24,000 nucleotides of DNA from Pinisolibacter aquiterrae (GTDB taxonomy: Bacteria; Pseudomonadota; Alphaproteobacteria; Rhizobiales; Ancalomicrobiaceae). The position numbers were made by a program, and so were the translations under genes. Location: the NCBI RefSeq assembly GCF_019160155.1, contig NZ_JAFNIH010000061.1, forward strand, positions 186,063 to 210,062, read 5' to 3'. This document shows positions 1-7,049 of this stretch, one piece after another. Below the pieces are notes generated by a model that saw only the letters and a list, made by a program, of their open reading frames with translations, searched no databases and had not been told where the DNA came from. Positions within the stretch are counted from its first letter, which is position 1; each line of letters starts with the position of its first letter.

Positions 1-12
1 ATCATCGAGACG

Positions 13-1920
13 ATGCCGCTGGTGGTGGTCGGGCTGATCGTGGCGCTTCTGGCGAGCCTCGTCTGGCTCGCCGACCGGCGCGAGCGCGAGGAGGCGGGCG
101 ACGGTCTGATCCGCGACGCGCTGTGGGTCGAACAGGCGTTGCGCTTCCAGGTCGACGCGGCGCGCGATTCGCTCGAACGGCTCGCCTTCGACATGACCGC
201 GACCCGGCCGAGCGAGGAGGTGGTGGCGGCGCGTCTTCGGACCATCGTCACCGGCCATCCGGAGATCGCCTCAATCGAATGGCGCGACGATCTCGGCGCG
301 ATTCGTCTCTCGGTGCCGCCCGACGGCGACGGGCTGCGGCCGAGCACGGCCCCGACCCATCCGCTGGCGCGCGGCTTCGCCGAGCCCCGCCGGGTCGACG
401 GGCAGGCGGTCGCCGATCTGAGCATTCCGGTGTTCGAGCACGACGTGCGGGTCGGCCGCATCACCGCCCATGTCCATCTCGAGCGCCTGCTCGCGCTCTA
501 CGTGCCCTGGTGGATCTCGCAGAACAATCACGTGACCCTGGTCGACCGCGACGGCGAGGAACTGGCGCACAAGTCGGCGCTCGCCCCGGTCGGCGGCGCG
601 CTGCGCCACGAGCTCAGTTTCGACCCGCCGCTGCCCGGGGTGTCGCTGGTTCTGACCGCCCATGCCGGGGTCTCCAACCTGTTGCGCAACGTGCTCGGCG
701 CGGGCGTGGTCGGGCTCGCGGTGGTGGCGGTCGTCTCGCTCTTCGGGCTGATGCTGCACTATCGCCGCAGGCTCGCCGCCGAACTCAGTCTCGGCGAGGC
801 GCAGGCGCTGCGCCGGGCCATGGAGGAGAGCCTCACCGTCGGCATGCGCGCGCGCGATCTCGAGGAGCGGATCATCTACGTCAATTCGGCCTTCTGCCGG
901 ATGGTCGGGCGCAGCGCCGAGGAGCTGGTCGGGCATGGTCCGCCGCAGCCCTATTGGGTGCCGGAGCTGGTCGAGGAGACGCTCGCCCGCCACGAGGCGC
1001 TGGGGGCGACGGTGTTGGAGCCGATCTCCTTCGAGACGCGGTTCCGCCGCCGCGACGGCGAGATCTTCGACGTGCAGGTCTACGAGGCGCCGCTGATCGA
1101 CGCCTCCGGCGTCCACCGCGGCTGGATGGGCTCGATCATCGACGTCACCGAGGCCAAGAAGGCGGAGGAGCGCGAGCGGCTCCAGGCGGAGAAACTGACG
1201 CGGACCGGCCGTCTGATCTCGCTCGGCGAGATGGCCTCGACGATCTCCCACGAACTCAACCAGCCGCTGGCGGCGATCGCCTCCTATGCCTCGGGCTGCC
1301 TCCATCTCCTGCGCGCCGGGCGGCCGGGGGCCGACATCGAGGGCGCCCTGGTCAAACTCGACGCCCAGGCGCAACGGGCCGGTCAGGTGATCCGGCGGGT
1401 GCACGACTTCGTGCGCAAGCGCGATCCGGAGTTCGAGCGGGTCGACCTCGCGGCGCTGATCGCCGCGCTCGCCGCCTTCGTGGCGCTCGACGCGCGCAAG
1501 CAGAAGGTCGAGATCGCGACCGACCTGCCGGCGACGCTGCCGGCGGTGCAGGGCGACCGCATCCTCCTGGAGCAGGTGCTGCTCAATCTGATCCGCAACG
1601 GCATGGAGGCGATGGCGGGGATCGATCCGAAGGCGCGCCGGCTCGACATCGTCGCCGAACGGCGCGGCTCCGGCGAGGGCGACGGCGAGACGGTGGTGAT
1701 CGAGGTCGCCGATCGCGGCTCGGGCATCGCCGCCGATCTCGCCGAGAAATTGTTCTCGCCCTTCGTCTCGACCAAGCCCGACGGGATGGGGATGGGGCTC
1801 GCCATCTGCCGCTCGATCGTCGAGTTGCATCGGGGACGACTCGAATTTGCGCCGCGGCCGGGAGGCGGTACGGTGTTCTCGCTCACGCTGCCCGCCGCGC
1901 CGGGCGAGGATCGGTCATGA
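13..1920 (+). CDS. Membrane-bound PAS sensor histidine kinase (FixL/DctS-like HisKA family). The 5' end may lie upstream of the window.
   Basis: 635-aa ORF. N-terminal hydrophobic helix (PLVVVGLIVALLASLVWL), about 200 aa of presumed periplasmic region, second TM (VVGLAVVAVVSLFGLMLHY), one PAS-like segment (IIYVNSAFCRMVGRSAEELVG). H-box ISHELNQPLAAI, N-box LLNLIRNGMEAM, G1 DRGSGI, G2 GMGMGL. The stop overlaps the downstream regulator start (ATGA at 1917-1920). The frame is open back to base 1, so the ATG at 13 is only the first visible start. Confidence 0.88.
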   Translation: MPLVVVGLIVALLASLVWLADRREREEAGDGLIRDALWVEQALRFQVDAARDSLERLAFDMTATRPSEEVVAARLRTIVTGHPEIASIEWRDDLGAIRLSVPPDGDGLRPSTAPTHPLARGFAEPRRVDGQAVADLSIPVFEHDVRVGRITAHVHLERLLALYVPWWISQNNHVTLVDRDGEELAHKSALAPVGGALRHELSFDPPLPGVSLVLTAHAGVSNLLRNVLGAGVVGLAVVAVVSLFGLMLHYRRRLAAELSLGEAQALRRAMEESLTVGMRARDLEERIIYVNSAFCRMVGRSAEELVGHGPPQPYWVPELVEETLARHEALGATVLEPISFETRFRRRDGEIFDVQVYEAPLIDASGVHRGWMGSIIDVTEAKKAEERERLQAEKLTRTGRLISLGEMASTISHELNQPLAAIASYASGCLHLLRAGRPGADIEGALVKLDAQAQRAGQVIRRVHDFVRKRDPEFERVDLAALIAALAAFVALDARKQKVEIATDLPATLPAVQGDRILLEQVLLNLIRNGMEAMAGIDPKARRLDIVAERRGSGEGDGETVVIEVADRGSGIAADLAEKLFSPFVSTKPDGMGMGLAICRSIVELHRGRLEFAPRPGGGTVFSLTLPAAPGEDRS

Positions 1921-2564
1921 CGTCGTCCCCCTCTCGCCCCGGCCTCGCGGCCTCCGCCCCTTGCGTCCACGTGGTCGACGACGATCCGGCGGTGCGCGAT
2001 TCGCTGGTCTGGCTGTTCACCGCGCGGGGACGGCCGGTGACCGCCTGGGAGAGCGGCGAGGCCTTCCTCGCCGGTTTCCTCGAGGGTCTGCGCGGGGCGG
2101 TGCTGCTCGACGTGCGGATGGGCGGCATGTCCGGGCTCGAGGTGCTCGAGCGGCTGGAGGAGCTGGGCTCGATCCTGCCGGTGATCGTGTTGACCGGCCA
2201 CGGCGACGTGCCGGTGGCGGTGCAGTCGCTGAAGAAGGGCGCGATCGACTTCGTCGAGAAACCCTTCGACGCCGACGAACTGGTCGATCAGGTGGTGGCG
2301 GCGCTGGCGCTCGAGGCGCGGCGCCACGCCGCCGCCGCCTCGGATCGGACGATCGAACGCCAACTCGCCAGCCTCTCGGCGCGCGAGCGCGAGGTGATGG
2401 AGCTGATGCTCGAGGGCAAGCTCAACAAGCAGATCGCCGACGATCTCGGCATCGCCATGCGCACCGTCGAGGTCCACCGCGCCCGCATCCTGGAGAAGTT
2501 CGGGGTGCGCTCGGCGGTGGAACTGGCGGGCCGGCTGGCGGCATTCCGACGCGGCGAAGGGTGA
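1917..2564 (+). CDS. Response regulator, FixJ/NarL family (REC domain plus LuxR-type HTH)
   Basis: The last 216 codons of track ORF 123..2564, in frame. REC motifs VVDDD, LLDVRM (acceptor Asp), LTGHGD, EKPF. C-terminal LuxR HTH REREVMELMLEGKLNKQIADDLGIAMRTVEVHRARILEKF. ATG at 1917 overlaps the kinase stop, suggesting translational coupling. Confidence 0.9.
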   Translation: MTSSPSRPGLAASAPCVHVVDDDPAVRDSLVWLFTARGRPVTAWESGEAFLAGFLEGLRGAVLLDVRMGGMSGLEVLERLEELGSILPVIVLTGHGDVPVAVQSLKKGAIDFVEKPFDADELVDQVVAALALEARRHAAAASDRTIERQLASLSAREREVMELMLEGKLNKQIADDLGIAMRTVEVHRARILEKFGVRSAVELAGRLAAFRRGEG

Positions 2565-2645
2565 GGCTCGGCACGACGACGGGTCGCCGTCTTCGGCGAG
2601 GTCTCACATCGCCGTTCGGCTCCACTGCGAGCCGTCTCGGTGCGG

Positions 2646-2763
2646 CTTCACCCTGAGGTGCCCGGCCGAAGGTCGGGCCTCGAAGGGCGAAGCCGGGGCA
2701 CGGCCGTGTCACTCGGCCCTTCGTCCTTCGAGGCTCGCTCACGCTCGCACTTCAGGATGAAGG
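2646..2763. repeat. Composite imperfect palindrome (REP/MITE-like intergenic element) between two convergent genes
   Basis: Outer arms cttcaccctgaggtgc (2646-2661) and gcacttcaggatgaagg (2747-2763) are reverse complements with 2 mismatches. Inner arms gcctcgaagggcgaag (2677-2692) and cttcgtccttcgaggc (2719-2734) have 1 mismatch. The centre holds the perfect 10-bp palindrome cacggccgtg (2699-2708). It is non-coding and lies between the regulator stop (2564) and the permease stop (2888). Confidence 0.55.
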
Positions 2764-2887
2764 ACCTCCGCGAGGCCGCCTCGACGAGACGTCGACCATC
2801 CGCCGCCGACGCCGTCACCTCGCTCGTTCGACGATGGCCGCTCATCGGCCTCTCGTCCTCGGCGGACCCCACGCATCGACGCCGCTC

Positions 2888-3715
2888 TCAGCGATGCCCG
2901 CGCATCGCCCAGCCGACCACGCGTTTCTCGATCGCCTCGGCGACCAGATAGAGCAGAATGCCCATCACCGCCGTGACCACCAGTCCGGCGAAGACCAGCG
3001 GCACCTCGAAACGGGCCGAGGCGGTCATCATCAAGGAGCCGATGCCGACGTTGGAGGCCACCGTCTCCGACATGATCGAACCGACGAAGGCCACGGTGAT
3101 CGCCACCTTCAGCGAGGCGAAGAAATAGGGCATCGCGCGCGGCAGGCCGACCTTGGCGACGATCTGGCGGTTGGAGGCGCCGAGCGCCCTCAGCACGTCC
3201 TTCAGTTCCGGCTCGACGGTGGCGATGCCGGTCGCGACGTTGACCAGGATCGGGAAGAAAGAGATCAGGAAGGCGGTCAGGATCGCCGGCACCGCGCCGA
3301 TGCCGAACCACACCACCAGGATCGGCACGATCGCCACTTTCGGCACCGCGTTGAAGCCGATCAGGAGCGGGTAGAAGGCGGCGTAGAGCGTCGCCGAGGA
3401 GCCGATGGTGACGCCCCCGGCGACCCCGAAGACGATGGCGAGCGCGAAACCGGCGACGGTGGTCGCGAGCGTCGCCAGCGCGTTGTCGCGGATCTGCGGC
3501 GCCCATTCGATCAGCGAGGCGGCGACCGCGCTCGGCGCCGGCAGCAGGAAGACGGGGATGTGGAAGAGCCGCACCACCGCCTCCCAGAGGAGCAGGAAGG
3601 CGCCCATCACCAGCCACGGCAGCAGCGGACGCAGCCGCTCGCTCATCTTCTCGGTGTGCTCGAAGGGCAGCGGCTCGTCCGGATCGGGCGGCATCACGGA
3701 GGGGAGGTCGCTCAT
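2888..3715 (-). CDS. ABC transporter permease, NitT/TauT (nitrate/sulfonate/taurine-type) family
   Basis: The last 275 codons of track ORF 2888..4390, starting at MSDLPSVMPP (residue 226 of the ORF). Multi-TM BPD_transp_1-like sequence with N-terminal LLPAPSAV and the PKVAIVPILVVWFGIG motif typical of SsuC/TauC-like permeases. ATG at 3715 overlaps the upstream ATPase stop (tcat at 3712-3715). Confidence 0.85.
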   Translation of the reverse strand: MSDLPSVMPPDPDEPLPFEHTEKMSERLRPLLPWLVMGAFLLLWEAVVRLFHIPVFLLPAPSAVAASLIEWAPQIRDNALATLATTVAGFALAIVFGVAGGVTIGSSATLYAAFYPLLIGFNAVPKVAIVPILVVWFGIGAVPAILTAFLISFFPILVNVATGIATVEPELKDVLRALGASNRQIVAKVGLPRAMPYFFASLKVAITVAFVGSIMSETVASNVGIGSLMMTASARFEVPLVFAGLVVTAVMGILLYLVAEAIEKRVVGWAMRGHR

Positions 3716-4545
3716 GAGGAGACCTCCGGCGCGACGCCGACCCGGGCCTCGGCGATGAGGCGGCGCAATTCGTGGGTGAGTTCGGTGAATTCCGGCAGAT
3801 AGGTCGTCTCGAGCGTGCGCGGACGCGGGAACGGCACCGTGTATTCGGCGACGATGCGGCCGGGCCGCGCGCTCATCACCAGGACCCGGTCGGCGAGGAA
3901 CACCGCCTCGCGCAGGTCGTGGGTGACGAGGATCACGGTGGGGCGGCGGGCGATCCACAGATCCTGGAGCACGCCCCACAATTCCTCGCGGGTGAACATG
4001 TCGAGCGCGCCGAAGGGCTCGTCGAGCATCAGGAGGCGCGGATCGTGGATCAGCGCCCGGCACAGCGAGGCGCGCTGCTGCATGCCGCCGGAGAGCTGCC
4101 AAGGGTGCTGCCGGTCGTAGCCGGCGAGGCCGACCAGCTGGAGCAGATCGCGGGCCTTGGCCTCGTAGCTCCTGCGCTCGCGGCGCAGGCGCGAGGCGTG
4201 CGGCTCGACGATCTCGAGCGGCAGCATGACGTTGTCGAGCACCGTGCGCCAGGGCAGCTGCACCGAATTCTGAAAGGCCATGCCGACGATGCCGAGCGGA
4301 CCCTTCACCGCGGTGCCGTCGACCGTGACGCGGCCGCGCGAGGGCGGCCACAGGCCGGTGACGACCTTCATCAGGCTCGATTTGCCGCAACCGGACGGGC
4401 CGACCACGGCGACGAACTCGCCGTCGGCGACGGCGAGGTTCAGCCGTTCCACCGCCAGCGTCGCGGCGGTCGCGCCATAGGCGAGGGCGACGTCGCGCAA
4501 TTCGACGAAGGGGGGCGTGGCCGGGGACGCGGCGGTCGTCGACAT
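3712..4545 (-). CDS. ABC transporter ATP-binding protein, NitT/TauT family (SsuB/TauB-like)
   Basis: 277 aa. Walker A GPSGCGKSS, signature LSGGMQQR, Walker B LLMLDEPF, H-loop VTHD. The FQNSVQLPWRTVLDNV segment is typical of this subfamily. Confidence 0.9.
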   Translation of the reverse strand: MSTTAASPATPPFVELRDVALAYGATAATLAVERLNLAVADGEFVAVVGPSGCGKSSLMKVVTGLWPPSRGRVTVDGTAVKGPLGIVGMAFQNSVQLPWRTVLDNVMLPLEIVEPHASRLRRERRSYEAKARDLLQLVGLAGYDRQHPWQLSGGMQQRASLCRALIHDPRLLMLDEPFGALDMFTREELWGVLQDLWIARRPTVILVTHDLREAVFLADRVLVMSARPGRIVAEYTVPFPRPRTLETTYLPEFTELTHELRRLIAEARVGVAPEVSS

Positions 4546-4632
4546 GCGGGCTCTTCTCTGCGGCGATCTCGCGCGAACTCTATGCCGAAATCGACGGCAG
4601 GATCAATTCGAGGGCAACCGCCGTCCCCCACT

Positions 4633-5706
4633 TCATGCGCCGAGGCGTCCGGCCCGGGTCCAGGTGCGTCCCTCGAGGGCGACCGCGTGGAGCGCGGGAG
4701 CACGGGCGAAGGCGGCGAGGCCGACGAAGGCGGGCAGCGGATGCGTCACCACCGCCGTGGCGAAGTCCGCCATCATCGCGCGATAGGGCCACTTGTCCTC
4801 GAAGGCGGCGCGGAAGCGACCGTCGGAGAGGAGCGAGAGCAGGCGCGGCGGGATGCCGCCGGCGAGAAAGACGCCGCCGTGCGGCAGCGTGGTCAGGGCG
4901 AGGTTGCCGGCGACGCGGCCGAGCACGGTGGCGAAGAAGCCCATGGTCTCCACGGCGGCGGGCTCGCCCGCCTCGTAGGCGGCGGTGATGCCGGCGGGAT
5001 CGAGATCGAGCGGCGGGCGACCGTCGAGCGCGAGGATGGCGCGATGGACGCGGACGATGCCGGGGCCGGCGAGCACGTCCTCGGCGCTGACGCGATCGCT
5101 GCCGCGCGCCACGCCGTGCTCGTCGATCTCCTCGCCGATGACCCGGGCGATCTCGGCGACGATCGCCGCCTCGCGCGCGCCCTGCGGGGCGAAGTCGACG
5201 TGACCGCCCTCGCCCGGCACCGGGATCCAGGTGCCGCGCGCGTGGACGAGCTGGCCGACGCCGAGGCCGGTGCCGGGGCCGACCACCGCCATGGTGGCGC
5301 CGGGCCGGCGGGTGCCGCGACCGAGGACGACGAGGTCGTCGGCCTCGAGATGGGGCAGCGCCAATGCCTGGGCCTCGAAGTCGTTGACCGCGACCACGGT
5401 CTCGAGATCGAAGGCGGCGCGCAACCGGCTCGGCTCCAGGATCCAGTCGTTGTTGGTGAAACGGATCGCCTCGCCCTCGATCGGGGCGGCGACGGCGAGG
5501 ATCGCCGAACGCGGCACGGCGTCGAGGCGCGGCAGGACGAACGCCTCGATCGCGGCGATGGGATCGTCATGATCGGCGGTCGGGGTGCGGCCGAGATCGC
5601 GATAGGGCGCGATCGCGCTCTCGACGACGGCGAATCGCGCATTGGTGCCACCGATGTCGGCGATCAGGACCGGATAGGTGAAGGCTTCGACGAGAGAGGA
5701 CCGCAT
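4633..5706 (-). CDS. glk: Glucokinase
   Basis: The last 357 codons of track ORF 4633..6924, starting MRSSLVEAFTYPVLIADIGGTNARFAVV. ADIGGTNARFA is the classic Glk N-terminal ATP-binding motif. Also VGPGTGLG, GEGGH and FLAGGI. An alternative ATG sits 18 nt upstream at 5724. Confidence 0.88.
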   Translation of the reverse strand: MRSSLVEAFTYPVLIADIGGTNARFAVVESAIAPYRDLGRTPTADHDDPIAAIEAFVLPRLDAVPRSAILAVAAPIEGEAIRFTNNDWILEPSRLRAAFDLETVVAVNDFEAQALALPHLEADDLVVLGRGTRRPGATMAVVGPGTGLGVGQLVHARGTWIPVPGEGGHVDFAPQGAREAAIVAEIARVIGEEIDEHGVARGSDRVSAEDVLAGPGIVRVHRAILALDGRPPLDLDPAGITAAYEAGEPAAVETMGFFATVLGRVAGNLALTTLPHGGVFLAGGIPPRLLSLLSDGRFRAAFEDKWPYRAMMADFATAVVTHPLPAFVGLAAFARAPALHAVALEGRTWTRAGRLGA

Positions 5707-5961
5707 TGTCACACCCAGATGCATTCGGGATCGCGATCGTCGACCAGCCGGTCCGCCGGCGCAAGGGCGGGAAAGTGCGCGGGCGACGAAGATCGATGCC
5801 GGTCGAACGAGAGCCATCGGCTGGTGGACGACCGTCGAAGAGGCATGAAAAGAGGGTGCGGGCGACCTTGCGTCGTGCCAATCTCGCGCCGTGGAGTTTC
5901 GAAAATGCGCTCCCGCCGACGACAGGTTCGGACGTGGGCATGAGGCGATGAGGGATATGCG

Positions 5962-6957
5962 ATGCTGAAGACCATCCTCGCAGCGGTGACGTCGACCTGG
6001 CTGGTGGTGGGAACCGCCGCGGCCGCCGACATTCAGCCGGCCGTGCTCTACGACCTCGGCGGCAAGTTCGACAAGTCCTTCAACGAGGCCGCCTATGCCG
6101 GCGCGGAGCAGTTCAAGAAGGAGAGCGGGGTCGAGTATCGCGACTTCGAGATCCAGAACGACGCCCAGCGCGAACAGGCGCTCCGGAACTTCGCGCGCAA
6201 AGGCTATTCGCCGATCGTCGCCATCGGCTTCACCCAGGCGACCGCCGTGGAGAAGGTCGCCAAGGAATTCCCGAACCTGAAGTTCGCGATCGTCGACATG
6301 GTGGTCGATCTGCCCAACGTGCGCTCGATCGTCTTCAAGGAGCAGGAGGGCTCGTGGCTGGTCGGCGTGCTCGCGGCCTCGGCCTCGCAGACCCACAAGC
6401 TCGGCTTCGTCGGCGGCATGGACATTCCGCTGATCCGCAAGTTCGCCTGCGGCTACGTCGGCGGCGCCAAGTCGGTCGATCCGAAGATCGAGGTGTTCCA
6501 GAACATGACCGGCACCACCGGCGCGGCCTGGAACGATCCGGTCAAGGGCGGCGAACTGACCAAGTCGCAGATCGATCGCGGCGCGGACGTGATCTATCAC
6601 GCCGCCGGCGGCACCGGCCTCGGTGTCCTCCAGGCCGCCGCCGACGCCGGCAAGCTCGGCATCGGCGTCGATTCGAACCAGAACCACCTCCATCCCGGCA
6701 AGGTCCTGACCTCGATGACCAAGCGCGTCGACGTCGCCGTCTACGACGCCTTCCGCGACGCCAAGGCCGACAAATGGACCTCCGGTGTCACCGTGCTCGG
6801 CCTCAAGGAGAACGGCGTCGGCTGGGCGCTCGACGACTACAACAAGGCGCTGATCACCCCGGCGATGAAGGCGGCGGTCGACAAGGCGGAGAAGGACATT
6901 CTGTCGGGCGCGGTCGTGGTCCACGACTACATGGCCGACAAGACCTGCCCCTATTGA
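5962..6957 (+). CDS. BMP-family (Bmp/PnrA/Med-like) periplasmic substrate-binding protein of a nucleoside-type ABC transporter
   Basis: 331 aa. Signal peptide MLKTILAAVTSTWLVVGTAAAAD with no lipobox Cys. BMP-like segments GFVGGMDIPLIRKF and GIGVDSNQ. SD-like gaggga lies 6-12 nt upstream of the ATG. First gene of a transporter plus nucleoside catabolism operon. Confidence 0.85.
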   Translation: MLKTILAAVTSTWLVVGTAAAADIQPAVLYDLGGKFDKSFNEAAYAGAEQFKKESGVEYRDFEIQNDAQREQALRNFARKGYSPIVAIGFTQATAVEKVAKEFPNLKFAIVDMVVDLPNVRSIVFKEQEGSWLVGVLAASASQTHKLGFVGGMDIPLIRKFACGYVGGAKSVDPKIEVFQNMTGTTGAAWNDPVKGGELTKSQIDRGADVIYHAAGGTGLGVLQAAADAGKLGIGVDSNQNHLHPGKVLTSMTKRVDVAVYDAFRDAKADKWTSGVTVLGLKENGVGWALDDYNKALITPAMKAAVDKAEKDILSGAVVVHDYMADKTCPY

Positions 6958-6965
6958 TCCGTCGC

Positions 6966-7036
6966 GGAGGGCACGGTGGTGCCCTCCCCTCCCAGACCTC
7001 GGGAGGGCGCGACGCGCCCTCCCCTCGCCAGACCGA
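6966..7036 (+). repeat. Two tandem units of about 35 bp, each forming a GC-rich hairpin, located inside the operon between the binding-protein and ATPase genes
   Basis: Unit A: ggagggcac-ggtg-gtgccctcc (6966-6987) followed by cctcccagacc. Unit B: gggagggcgc-gac-gcgccctccc (7001-7023) followed by ctcgccagacc. The stems differ by a compensatory a:t to g:c change. There is no T-tract after either hairpin. Confidence 0.6.
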
Positions 7037-7049
7037 GAGCCGTTCGCGC

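Noticed and set aside
123-1916. Long N-terminal extension of the response-regulator ORF (813-aa track ORF) and the antisense ORFs 271..1830 and 1383..2477
   Set aside because: Their translations are Arg/Ala/Gly/Pro low-complexity strings typical of off-frame reading in 70% GC DNA. They fully overlap the well-supported kinase gene, and the regulator has a coupled ATG at 1917.
13-1920. Calling the kinase fixL (haem-based oxygen sensor) and the regulator fixJ
   Set aside because: Only the HisKA/REC-HTH family features match. The PAS segment lacks the FixL haem-pocket signature, and a large periplasmic domain is present. No gene symbols assigned.
2584-2599. Small hairpin tcgccg-tctt-cggcga just after the response-regulator stop, as a terminator
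   Set aside because: The stem is only 6 bp, no U-tract follows, and the larger palindromic element downstream is a better candidate transcription barrier.
2640-2951. Small ORFs in the intergenic gap (2640..2951 +, 2648..2872 -, 2422..2742 -)
   Set aside because: They are read across the palindromic element. The same DNA gives mirror-image peptide strings on both strands. There is no SD, and 2640..2951 runs into the permease 3' end. More likely repeat-derived pseudo-ORFs.
3772-5943. 723-aa plus-strand ORF antisense to the ABC ATPase and glk, plus similar long shadow ORFs (6951..8420-, 8417..9634-, 9532..10398-, 12606..13940-, 13991..15277-, 15027..16886+, 15643..16725-, 16878..18911-, 17801..19330+, 19284..20411+, 19291..20403-, 20456..22285+, 21736..23190+, 21830..23125-)
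   Set aside because: All lie opposite or out of frame to genes with clear catalytic motifs. Their products are dominated by R/G/A/D/E/H/P runs with no recognisable motifs. Long stop-free antisense frames are expected at this GC content.
5707-5961. Short palindromes in the glk / nucleoside-operon divergent region (gatcgcgatc at 5729-5738, tttcgaaa at 5897-5904) as operator sites
   Set aside because: Palindromes of 8-10 bp occur readily by chance. There is no second half-site or repeated copy, and no matching regulator family can be named. Noted only as places to look in a comparative alignment.
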